From Takakia lepidozioides (lineage: Eukaryota; Plantae; Bryophyta), in assembly GCA_030704615.1 (NCBI GenBank), contig CM060734.1, positions 12,958,001 through 13,022,000 of the forward strand: a stretch of DNA of 64,000 nt, read 5' to 3'. The notes beneath the pieces were generated by a model, which was not told where the DNA came from, ran no database searches, and saw nothing but the letters and a program-made list of their open reading frames with translations. A program made the translations under genes and the position numbers. Positions 48,740-60,500 of the stretch are shown here, piece after piece. How positions within the stretch are numbered: position 1 is the stretch's first letter; each line of letters begins with the position of its first letter.

Positions 48740-49740
48740 GTGGCAGTATCCGGATAAAGGCATTTGCCTCTGGACTTGTTTGGCGGGATCAGCACCGTAT
48801 TGGCTGCTGGTTTACAGGCATGTGTGCGGGTAATGCGTTACCTGATGTGTTTGAGAGGATGAGACTGCACGACGGCGTCTTACTGCGTGTTGCTCAGTTG
48901 GTACAAAACAGCATTACCTGCTTTGTTGCTAGTGTCTGCAGTTCGTGGATACCAACAAGCCTGCCAGCAGACATTTCGTTGCTGGGGGCGCCGGATTTGT
49001 AGCAGGTTGGCTCCATTGATCTTGTAGTGGCAGGTTGGCCCCTGCCAAGGCATTCATTAGCCGGGCATGACAATGGATTGCGAGACTCGAGAACGGAACT
49101 GTCTTTTTGGGAGATGGTGCGGATTTTGCGCCACTTGCAGCTTCATCAAGCTGTATCGCCAGCATACATCTTGTAGAATGTGCAACTGATGGGCGATTCT
49201 CGGGCCAGGGTGATGGCCAGTGTGCATCAAGTCCGGTCGTGGTTGGGTTGACAGTGCTGCTGGATGCATCTGCAGTGGGATCACGGCTCATCGTCCACGG
49301 CTATGGTAGACTAACTTGATTCCACCCCACCCGCACTGCCAAGCGTGCATTTGATGGGTGTGCAGAGCGGCCAACACCCTCATAGTGGACACATTTTGGA
49401 CATAGGGAGGCAGTTCTCAACGTGTGAGACTGAGACCGTTCGCCTTTGGCAGTGGTCAAGAGGGTGGGTCAACCACGAGCCGCATTACCTACACTGCTCA
49501 GCTTCCCAGGATCCCATGCTTTTCGGGATGGTGGACCTGGCCTCCTATGGGATGCTCAGTTGCAACAGTTAGTGGAGCCTAATGCCGACGAGCGGCGCGG
49601 CTATGGTTTTCACTGGGACCACGCGGCGGTGCTTCTCTCTTTCTGAGGCATCACGTCGTCAGGTGTTGGGGCAAGCAATGGATCTCAATTGCTTGACCTG
49701 GATTATCAGCTTGGCTATGGCTGAGCAACGTAGAGTGCGG
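48740..49740 (+). pseudogene. DNA (cytosine-5)-methyltransferase domain, DNMT3-like, within the element A polyprotein (frameshifted in this assembly)
   Basis: Motif I DLFGGI (48773-48790). Motif IV DLVVAGWP/CQG (49018-49051), followed by GLRDSRT..FWEMVRIL. Motif VI YIL*NV (49165-49182). Motif VIII LDASAVGS/AHRPRLW*TNL (to 49318). Motifs IX-X EPNADER..AM.F and SEASRRQVLGQAMD (49654-49683). All in canonical order. Confidence 0.9.
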
Positions 49741-50149
49741 AGTGCACTTCCCTTGACGGTCTCTCTGCCTACCGAGACGGTACAACACAGGCGCGAGTGG
49801 GGGGCGAGCGGTGAGGACCACGGGGTGTAGACATCCATGGCACACGTTGGAGGTGCTCGAGGTTCAGAGGGAGTTGGCAGCCAAGCCAGCTGTGATGGAT
49901 GAGGTTGGGAATTCTTTTCGGATGAGGAGGTTCTCAATGATGAGAATGATGGGGCAGGATGAGGCCTTTCATTGACTGAGCCGGAAGGGAGTACTGCTCA
50001 AGAGGTTCAAGCATAGCAACCACGGGACGCGTCCTCTACCTCTAAGCCCACTGGACTTAAGGTTGCAGTTACGGAGGATAATTGGGAGCCTGACATTGGA
50101 CCCATTGTCCCGGAGGAGAGAGACGACGTATACGGCGGTTCCTGAGGGC

Positions 50150-53015
50150 TTACAAGAAATTGCTTTGCCTTCAGTTTGAAGGACTTGGGAGCACTGAAGG
50201 GTCAAGAGATCCGTATTAAGTTGTCACTGACACGCCAATCTTTCGGAGACCCTATAGATACAGTGACATGGAGAGGTCTTTGATTCAGATGAGGACTCAA
50301 GATCTCTGGAGGCAGGTTTGGTGGAGCTCTCTGTGGAGAGTATGCTTCAGCCACAGTGATGCCAGCCAGAAGGATGTCTATGGCAATTGGACGGAGAGAC
50401 GTAGTTGCGGTGATTACCGGCCCTGTAAATCGTCAGACCAAGTCCGATAGGTATGCCATGTGGTGCCGACACCAGAGGAGATCTTTTATGCCATTGGGCA
50501 TTCCAAGGTCTTTAGCACGTTGGATTTACGATCCGGATATCACCAGTCGCCGATCGAGGAGTCGGATAGCAAAAGACGGCATTCTGGGGGATCAATGAGC
50601 ACGGGAAAGATTGCCTATACCAGTGGCGGTTCTTACCATTTGGGCTTAAAAACGCTCCCGCTGATTTTCAAAGAGTCATGGACAGGATTCTAGCAGGGGT
50701 GTGGAGTTTGCTCGGTGCTACATAGATGACAATCATCATCTTTAGTGCTACGGTGGAGGAGCATGAGAGACACCTTCAGGGGGTATTTGAGCGCTTGAGG
50801 GCGCACGGATTGAATTACATCGGGAAAGTGCAAGTTTTCCACAACCAGATTGAGTATCTGGGTCACATGATATATCCTAGAGGATTGGGGTACAGCAGAC
50901 TGATAGAGTCCATTGCACAGGTTTCCACGCCCCACGGATGTGAGCCGAGTTTCGAGCTTTCATGGGGTTTAGCAAACTATTACAGACGGTTTGGTTAGGG
51001 ATTTAGTGCCATTGCAAAGGTCTAACTCCTAACAAGCTGACCAAGGGGACCAGGAGTGGCAGGGGATAATGAGCAAGAACAAGCTTTTCAAGAGCTCAAG
51101 GCGAGGTTGACCTCGACGCCCATCTTGAGACGACCTATCAGGGGGCGTCCTTTTCAGCTGCATACAGATTGGAGCATGTTGGTGGGGCTTGGAGCGATGC
51201 TCACACATGGGATGATAGGGAAAGAGTTTCGTAGTGGCTATGCTAGCCGCTCAAACAATGTTGCAGAGTCTAAGTATAGCTCATATGAGGGAGAAATGCT
51301 TAGCTGCATTGTGGGCCGTGGCACACTTCAGGTGCTATCTATACGGCAATCTCTTCAACCCTTGTCACGGATCACCAACCACTCAGTGGTTGATAGAGTC
51401 ACAATCTTACGGGGAAGCTTGCACGGTGGGCACTCATCCTTCAAGAGTATGACTTTCAGGTGGTTGCATCGACCGGGTTTGGTCAATCGCAATGCAGATG
51501 GGTTGAGTCGCAATCCATGCACGAGCCAGCAGGATGACACTGGAGCTCTGTGGCATGGTGAGACGGACTAGGAGATGGTGCCCGGATGGCATGCATCTGC
51601 ATTTCTTTTCTGTGTATCTTGGCAGCGGAAGGCCAGGTTGGACCTGCAACAGGGATGACTGTAGATCAGTGTCTGAGGACCCTGAGCCAGCATGAGCAAG
51701 GTGGCGCCAAAGAATATACATAAGGATTCAGTTGTGTTTGGACTACCTCCGCACTAGAGACACTGCAGCCACTGTGACTGCCAAGGAGAGGGATCGGATC
51801 CTACACACAAGCCAAGAGGTTCAAGTGGGAGGGACACACCTGCTCCGAGTGTGGTAGGATGGTCGAGTGAGGATTGTGCCTCACCCACACAGCTGGCACG
51901 GTTAGTGTGCATGCCCATGAGGAGTTGGGGCATTTGGGGTGCGACGCACTCATAGTCTACTGCAGGGGGCAGTATTGGTGGCGTGGTATGCACACAGAGG
52001 TGCCCAATTTTGTGGCTAGGTGCATGGTGTGTGACAGGGTGCGTGCTTCATCAACGCCCTACTCCACAATTGCACCCTCTTCTTTTCGATCATGGGATTT
52101 GGGCTACAGGTGGAGTCTTGACTTCGCAGGGCCGTTGCCACTGACCATGCGCCACAAACAGTACGTGTTGGTGATGGTGGAGCACTTCTCCAAGTGGATT
52201 GATTGGTTCCATTGCCTGATAAGGCTAGTGAGGGAGCTGCGTATGCATTCTTGGATTGTGTGCTTAGCGCGATTCGGTGCTCCAGCTGAGGTACTCACGG
52301 ACCAAGGGAGAGAGTTCTTGGGGAGTTTCAGGCTTTGTGTGACAGGCCTTGATATACCACCGCACCACTTCTCGGATCATCCTGAGGCCGATGGCTTGGC
52401 AGAGAGAGTTGGTTTTCAGACAGTAAGAGGGGTTTGCGCAAGTATGGCTTGCAGAGGGACACCTAGAGATTTGGACCTTCAGTTACCCTGGTTAGCCATG
52501 GGCTACAGGTTCAGCAAGCAAGCATCACTTGCCTCCTTTCTCACCAAATTTCTTCTCTTTGGCCGAGAGCCGCATTTGCCTACATCCATTCGTAGAGAAG
52601 CTACTACAGTTCTTAACCTTGACGATCCGGACGTGTGGGGCACGTGCATGTGAGCAGCGTGCAGAGTTGTTCAAGAGAGTCATGCCCATGGCTTTCGGGA
52701 ACCTTGCCATTGCACAACACCGTGATACGTTGAGGTATGCTACCATACGTGGTGGGGGCTATCGTCCTGGGGTTCGGAGATTCAACCCTGGTGACTATGT
52801 CTATCTGCAGCAAACTGCTCCTACGACCTTGGATGTGATTTGCAGGACGTGTTATTTTGAGGGTTCGAGAGGTCTTGCCCTCAGGCGTCTTGGTCTTGGA
52901 GGGTCGGGATGGCATAACTTGGGAGGACCATGTGCGTAATTGTGCGCCATGTCACCTTCCAAATGTCGATGGCAGGATAGACCCAAACTTGGCAGTGGTA
53001 TCTGTAGGTTTGAGG
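50150..53015 (+). pseudogene. Element A RT - RNase H - integrase (many indels)
   Basis: DRYAM/PTPEEIF, LDLRSGYHQ, PFGLKNAPADFQR, YIDD (50719-50730), LHTDWS, YSSYEGE, NADGLSR, HEELGH...CMVC, WSLDFAGP, LTDQGREF, DGLAER. Confidence 0.93.
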
Positions 53016-53158
53016 TGCATGTTGTGTGGGTCTGCTAGAGGGGCAGCCCCCATACTGGTGTGTGATCGATGCTCTAGAGGTTGCATATGGGATGCTTGAC
53101 TCCACCTCTTGAGATGGTTCCGGATGGGGATTGGTTATGTCCACATTGCATTGGATAG
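53016..53158 (+). CDS. PHD finger at the integrase C-terminus of element A
   Basis: CMLCGSARGAAPILVCDRCSRG[W]HMGCLTPPLEMVPDGDWLCPHC, a C4HC3 finger once one missing G at ~53083 is restored. Confidence 0.9.
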
Positions 53159-53406
53159 TGGGAGTGGATACAACCATGGAAGGCTAACAAAAACGCAAGG
53201 CCCAGCTACTAGGAGACCTTGAACACACGAGGTCCTGGCTCAAGTTCACAGATTGCAAGACGGCGACTAACGATGGGGCTACTCTTGTACCCGGCCTCTT
53301 GGTCTATAGGGTTTGAGTGCAATAGGGACAGTGATAGAGGACTTAGTACGGCTGTGGCTATTACATCTTGTAGCTATCTGGAGGTAGAGGGACCTATCCA
53401 CCAGCT

Positions 53407-53947
53407 AGGGGGGCGATTGTGGCAGACTACTTTATTGTGCATATATGTGTGGTGTGGTTTGGACAGCGATGTAGTTGTGTAGCGATATGTATGCGCACGA
53501 CAGCTGTCAAGTTAAATAAGCACAGTGTGAAAACAACTAGAATAAAGCTAGTTATTTATATTTAACACTTGGATTTAGGTCAAGTGTTAAATCAGGTGTC
53601 AAGTTTAGTTTGACACCTGAACCGTCTTATCTTCACGAGAGCGGCAGTCGCGCAGCTCATCTCTCTCGAGTTGAGCCTGCGCGACCGAGCTCCTTCATGC
53701 GTTTAGATCTGAGTGTGCTTATGATGGGAGTGTAGGTTGTTGTGGGGTGGAGTCCCCATAGCGTGGGGTGCCCTTGGCTCGACTTCTATTTTAAAGAGTG
53801 ATAGCGATGGATTTCATATTTCTTGTGTTGAGAGTGTGTGTCTTTTTTAGCTTGTTTATCATTGTGGCAGACTACTTTATTGTGCATATATGTGTGGTGT
53901 GGTTTGGACAGCGATGTAGTTGTGTAGCGATATGTATGCGCACGACA
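53407..53947 (+). repeat. Element A 3' end: PPT (AGGGGGG, 53407-53413), X1 (53418-53502), GC, Y2 (53505-53861), T, X2 (53863-53947)
   Basis: X1 and X2 are identical 85-bp TG...CA units. Y2 matches the 5' terminal repeat. Confidence 0.92.
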
Positions 53948-56180
53948 AGGGATTGATCTTCCACACCTGGTGGGGGTACAAAGAGCTAGAAGAAGCACCC
54001 CCATTATCCTAGCCTGGAGGCCCTCCCACCTCGCTGGACTACTCAGCTTGCTGCTGGGCCTGGGTTCAGCTCTATGCAAATGTTCTCAAGAGAAACGACT
54101 CCAGCTTCTTTACATTCTCAACTCCTTGTGGGCTTCAAGGGACATCATCTGCCGGAGGACAGAGGATTCATGCGTCTTCAAGCCTCTCTTCTCCCATTGT
54201 TGCTGACTTTCCTTCCTCCTGGCCCTCCCTTCTCGACAGGGACGAAGACATTAATTGGAAGCACTGCAAGAATAGGAATTCTTAAATGAAGGCTCGCCTT
54301 AATTTTGAGCCCCTACGTAGGAAGAAATAGTGCTTGGCTGGGTTTTTCAGTGCTTGGTCTATTAGGTGTAGATGCTCTTGGTAGCCTCTGTATGTTTAGG
54401 CCTTGGACATTTTGGACTCCGGTTCTTTGCTAGGCTGTTTAATCAGAGAACCAGCTGTGTTTCTGGCTGCCCATTGTGGCTGCTCTGGGAGGCTCCCCAC
54501 GATTGTATTTATGGCCCTGTCGAGGTATTTTTTCCTCGCTTCTTTAACTTGAGTAATAGGGCCTCCATTCACCTTTTGTTTTAGAAATAAAAATAAAAAT
54601 AGACACAATACCCGCCGCGGAACACTTGGTTATCATGACTATTGTTAACCCCTAAACGACGATGCGATCCCAAATCGAGTCGCGTAAGTCTTCTGTCACG
54701 ATCCAACGTTTATGGATGACAGTGGATGGAAGTGATTCCTAAAGATAAAGAACGGGTTAGGGAGAAGCACATGTGGGAATTTACAACGCCCTAAAATAAT
54801 AAAAGCTCTGCTCCCTAGAATTTTTCAAAGTGCCAAGGGTATGGAAATCCAGAGCTGACCTGCCCACGTGAGCAATCTTTGAAAATAACCTCTAGGGCTC
54901 AAACTTTATCAAAATGCCAATTTTTTTGAACAAGGTGCTATGTATGTTAGTGTGCACTTACTTACTAGAGGAATTAGAAAACTAATATAACCTCAATGGT
55001 GTATTTCGGAAAGAAGCCAAACCATGAAAATTTTACATACAAAGCAGCCTATCTCAGATTTTGGAATCTCGGTATGCTTTTTAGGGGAGAGAGTCGCTTA
55101 GGTGCGATTATGGAGGGCATATGCCTCAGGAAATTCAACTCGATTTTATTTTTTTACTTTTATTTTTTTTCGACACTTGAATTTAGTGGTCAAACCATTT
55201 TTCCATGCAATCTTAGAATATATTTACAAATTGGGGCAGATTATTTGTTATAATCTCCCAAATGCAATGGTCAAATTGCCTACACTTTTAATAGGACATT
55301 GATGTAGTAGATATGCACATAAGTATAAGGTTCATCCCCATGGATTATTGGGGGTAAGAAGTTACACTCTTATCCACGAGGTATGTTTTAGTGGGCCCAC
55401 CACAATCAGTCTCGTCCTTTAAGGGTTAACACTTAACACGTGGGTAGGTGCGGTGGAAATCATATATCATTTTTTTTGTTTTTAATTATAAATTTGAAGC
55501 ACTGATTTCTGGCGCTATGGGTTTATTCCACTTCCTCTACCAGACTTAGTTCTATCAGGGGGATGTAGTCGATAGATGGGCCTGGCAGAGAAGACGGAAT
55601 CTCACGAAAAGGACGCAACAGACTAAGACATCCACAAAACCTTTATAAGCACACTCAAGCACACCGTTACACCAAGAGCGCACACACGTAAGATGAAATG
55701 CACCACCTTTACTGCCACGGCAGTGTAGCTTAAATAGTATTAGGTCATAATCTAATCCTTGTGCCGCTATGGCACTTACATACGGGCCAGCCAAATGTCC
55801 TTCTAGCATAGCCATAGAAAGAAGCCAGATCACCCAGTCCCATCCTAAATCTAATCCTAAACTAGCTGTTAGAATAAGACATCATATAATAAAGCCGAGT
55901 TGTTGCCAGCTCATCCTTATGCACAAAACGTAAGTTCATCCAGACTACATCCTGGTTCCGTCCATCCCTAAATCATCTGGAGTGCATCCTCCCTCCATCC
56001 ATCCAAGTCGAGAAAACAGGTGAGGATGAATCCCAGCTCCACATATGTGAAGCATGCTGGGGCCTCTAGAAATTGTGAGCTCCTCCGAGCGAAGGGCTCA
56101 GGAAGAACAAAATTGAATCTAGCCTAAACAAACTACACACCCAGTACACGAGGGATGAAAAAACCTAGGGGAAGAAAACC

Positions 56181-57040
56181 TTGCCCTGCAACAAGGTGAA
56201 GTGCGAGGCGATGAATCAAAGTCTGCAGAATGACTACAAAGACATGTTTCCTTTTGGGTTCAACCACATAATCTCAATTGACATCTCAAGGATGGAACTT
56301 GCTCCAAGAAGCATGGTGTATCATCCGCTGAATATTAATCACAAAGATGAAGTAAAAGCCCGTCTGTACCAGTTGCGGGTTCTAGATATGAAACATCCCG
56401 TCTATCTGGCGCCGAGGAACGAACAGGTGCCAACCCAGGTGTCTGCGATGAAACCAAGGCATCAGAAGGATATTAACAATTCAAAATTCTTCGTCATTAG
56501 AGGCTAGCACACAATTATGGCTGCAAAGGTATAGTACATCAACGTTTACCTCGCGCGATCGCGCGTGCTTCTATATTCTTCTTTGCTTCTATGAAAATCA
56601 TCTTTCGGATATTTCTTTGCGTTTCCTCATTATCATTCTCGCGATCGCGCGTGCTTCTACTAGATGATTATATCAGATGCATTGACGACTTGTTTCTAAG
56701 AGATGCATAGCATGATAAGCAAGCACGCGCGATCGCGCGTGCTCCTTTCTAGTTCAATTCCATGCCGATGTAACATTTTCCAAATCAGAAACTTGTGGAG
56801 GAGATTACTGACCGGAAGCAGAGGGACTACTACGCCGAATGGCCATCAATTATCCTCTGGTCAGATAGCAATAATCGATTGCTGAAGATTTCTAAGCTCC
56901 TGAATGACCCAAATAAAGCCCAAAAATTCGACACAACATTCCCGGAGAAAGTTGCTCATGCCAGGATGTACTATGAGTTGAGGGAGAAGCCCATGAAATT
57001 CAACGATAACGTTTCCAAATCTGAAACCGTTCAGTGGAAG
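56181..57040 (+). pseudogene. Degenerate spliced ORF with a possible ParB-like G[Q]H motif, probably TE-associated
   Basis: KFFVIRG*HTIMAAK followed by a GT donor. The intron-like region has three CGCGATCGCGCGTGCT palindromic repeats. The assignment is weak. Confidence 0.3.
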
Positions 57041-57070
57041 GTAATTATTCATACTTCCTTTATTGTTTAA

Positions 57071-57553
57071 TGCCCTTGCAGTAAACTATGAGTGTGTCGC
57101 ACCCCAAAATGCCCCAACTCCTCATGGGCATGCCGCACTAACCATGCACACTGTGTTGGGTGAGGCACAATCCTCACACGACCATCCTCCCATACTCGGG
57201 GCAGCTGTGTCCCCTCCCACTTGAACCTCTTGGCTCATTGCAAGATCCGATCCCTCTCCTTGGCAGTCACAGTGGTTGTCGTGTCTCCACTGCGGAGATA
57301 GTCCAACAGAGCTGAATCCTTATGTATATCTCTGGCGCCATCTGGCTCGTCACTGGCCTTAGGATCCTCAGACACTCCGTCTACAGTCATCCCTGTTGTA
57401 GGTCCAATCTGGCCTGTCGCTGCCAAGATACACAAAAATGCATATGCGTATCATCCCGGCACCATCTCCTCGTCCGTCTCACCACGCCACCAAACTCCAG
57501 TGTCATCATGCTGGCTCGTGCTGGCTGCAACTCAATCCATCCGCATCCCGATT
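57071..57553 (-). mobile_element. Second family A fragment (RNase H / integrase linker)
   Basis: Reverse-complement homolog of ~51485-51970 (DIHKDS..LDYLR.GDT..TVTAKERDRIL). Confidence 0.9.
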
Positions 57554-60500
57554 CAACTCCCTTCACCGTTGTTGTTCCTGTCTTTGGCTCAAAGTTCTGC
57601 AAAAATTGTAACATGTACTGTCTATGGTGTAATGTCCAATCTATGCTTTGCAATCCTTGCAATCTCAGCTCCTCCAGTGGGGTAGCAATCGTTTGTTTCT
57701 GCAGAATTGTGGTGCTCTTCACCTTGATTTCCTCCATTCCTCTCACTCTCTTCATTTTAGACTCACAGAACTGTTTTGGCTGTAACAACTGCATAAATGC
57801 CTGTAGTGCACAAAGCATAAACGTATGGTTGCCACAGAAAGCTATGGGTAATTTCTTGTAAGCTTGCGGGGCTTGCAAGCATCGCTCAAGAGAAAAGCTC
57901 CGCTCTGTTCTTTCGTGTCTATGCTGCGTAAGTAATATTGCGAGCATATAATCTGTTAGTTCCTCCATAGTTTCCAAGCTATAGCATTGATGGTCTGTCC
58001 CGTCGAGACGCCCGTTACTCAGAACGACGCCGCCTCTTGCGCTCAATTTCCCTCCATTTTCTTGATCCTTTCTCTGGTTTTCTATTGGCTGTATCCGCTG
58101 TGACTGGATTTTAGATTTTATTTTCTTTAGTGGACTTTCCCTGCTGGATAGTCCACTAGGATCACACATGTGACAAGAATTTTGCTTTTCTGTACTTGCC
58201 GTTCGTTCCGTTTCCCTTTTTCCGTATTCATTAATGAGCCCGCCTTTCATCCCTTTTGACGGCCGTTCTTGTCCTCTTTCTTTATGACACCTGTTCTTGC
58301 ACTTCCTTCTCAGCTGTGTGTCGCGCCCTGACTTCCACGTGTCTATTTTTAAACTAGTTTCCGTTTTTTCTTCCATCAGCCATTTTCCTGAAGTTATTAT
58401 GCGTCCACCTGTCACTGATTCTATGGATCGTGTAACCCTAGTAGGCTGTGTTGAGCTGTGACAGGCTGTGTCATACTGGGGTACACTGTGATAGGCTGTG
58501 ATGCACTGTGGTAAGCTGTGATAGGCTGTGACACGCCGTGCTGGGCTGTGATAGGCTGTGTCACGTCGTGATGGGCTGTGATAGGCTGTGCTTTGCCTTG
58601 ATGGGCTGTGATAGGCCGTGGTCCGCCTTGACGGGCTGTGATAGGCTGTGTCACGCTTGTTTTGCCCGCCCTGATCATATATGCTCGGCCTAGCGACAAG
58701 TGCTCCATACTCCGTTCGTAACACTGGTGCAGCCCTTGACTGCTCTTGCGTTTCAACATGCAAATCATGCTGTAATGGTTTGTCATGGATACCACTGTAC
58801 CCCTTCAACTTATTGGCATTGACTCTTCCCAGCATTTCTTTGTTAATGGTTTGTAACATGGCGGTGTTGTTATCATACATCTTTTGTATGACATAAGGTC
58901 CTTTCCATGGTGATTTAAGCTTAGAAGCTTTAATCTTTCCCTTTTTCTGCAACCATAGAACCAAATCTCCCGTCTTAAAAGTTTTTAACTTGCCCTCATC
59001 AAACTGTTCCTTCCTCTTCATCTGAATTCTGGTCATATTATCAGCTGCATCAGCACGTACTTCTTCCACATGGTATAATTCATGTTTCCTGACCTTAATG
59101 GAATCTTGCAATTCCATTCTCTTTCCCCACTCCGTTCTCATGGTAGGTAACAGGAATTCCACTGGAAGTAAAGCTTCCATACCATAAACTAATTGGAATG
59201 GTGTATACTTAGTGGTGATTTTATAGGAAGTCCTGTATGACCACAAAGCTGTCAGCAGCTTTGTATCCCAATCCGTTCTGTTTGCATTGACTATCTTAGC
59301 CAAGATAGTGCATAGTATTTTGTTGGTAGCCTCTGCCTGCCCATTACCCTGTGGGTAATATGTTGTACTCTTTCTATGTACAATCATGAACTCTTTAGTC
59401 AACAACTCAATGGTCTCATTCATGAAGTGACTTCCCTGATCACTGATAAATTCTAAGGGACAACCAAATCGTGTAAGTATGTTCTCGTACAGGAACCTTG
59501 CTGTGGACTTGGCTGTATTGTCCCTCAAAGCTTTAGCTTCCACCCACTTCGTAGTATAATCAGTGGCTGTAATTATGTACCTGCTCCGTGTATTCTTGGC
59601 TGGTGGGTTAATTGGTCCAACAAAGTCTAGTCCCCATTTCTGAAATGGTTCCGTAGGCATTGTAGGATGCAAGGCCATCCTCCCAGATCTCTGCAAAGGT
59701 CCTAGCCTCTGACATTCATCACAACTCTGACAATACTCGTGTACATCTTTGAACAAAGTAGGCCACCAGTAACCTGCGAGTAGTATCTTCCTACTTGTAG
59801 TCTCTTCTCCAAATGACCTCCAGCCACTCCTTTATGAACTTCCTCCAAAACTTTATTTACTTCATGGTGGTACAAGCATCGTTTTAGTACTCCATCAGGT
59901 CCTAGCTTATACATTCTGCTTCCTACCATAGTATAAGGTAAAGCTTTGATAGCGATTCTCTTTCTCTGCTCCTTACCATAACTAGGTGGGCACTGACCAT
60001 GAGCAAGGTAGTATCTGATTGGCCACTGCCAATCTAACCAGTCATCTGCACTTCCCTGCACCTCCACTGCAAAGAGACTCGCATCTGGTAATTGATCATC
60101 TATTCCTGTGGCTGGTTCTCCTGTTGATAACCGTGACAAATGATCCGCCACTAGATGCAGTCTCCCAGGCTTGTAAACAACCTCGAACTCAAACTCGTGC
60201 AAGATTATCAACCATCTTGCTATTCTTCCGCTTATCAGAGGTTTGTTTACCAGGTATATCAGAGCCTGGTGATCCACATAGAACATAAACTTTTTGCCCA
60301 ACAGGTAATGCCTGAATTTCTTCACTGCATAGATCATTGCCATGCTTCTTTTTCCGTTGTGCTATAGTTCCTTTCAGCACTGTTCATCAACCGGCTAGCA
60401 TAGTACACAGATGAATCTATATTTCCTGTAACATTCTGGGCTAACACCGCTCCCAATGCTTCTCCTGATGCATCGCAGTGAACATGAAATACTACATGCC

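Larger units (their letters stand above)
27485..53947 (+). mobile_element. Ty3/gypsy-type LTR retrotransposon family A (Gag-PR-DNMT-RT-RH-IN-PHD) with split terminal repeats; contains a nested family B insertion
   Basis: Ends TGTC...GACA, flanked by AGGG at 27481-27484 and 53948-53951. Repeat Y at 27485-27840 and 53505-53861. Repeat X at 53418-53502 and 53863-53947. Domain order RT-RH-IN is gypsy-type. Confidence 0.9.

Noticed and set aside
48740-49740. A host DRM/CMT/MET1 gene or bacterial contamination
   Set aside because: The domain is intronless, has non-permuted motif order (unlike DRM), lacks BAH and chromo domains, and is colinear with PR and RT inside the element.
27485-53947. Classifying element A as DIRS/Ngaro because of its split repeats and methyltransferase
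   Set aside because: It has an aspartic protease, a DDE integrase, a PPT and a TSD. I saw no tyrosine recombinase motifs, and the MTase is C5-cytosine type rather than the DAM-like domain of DIRS.
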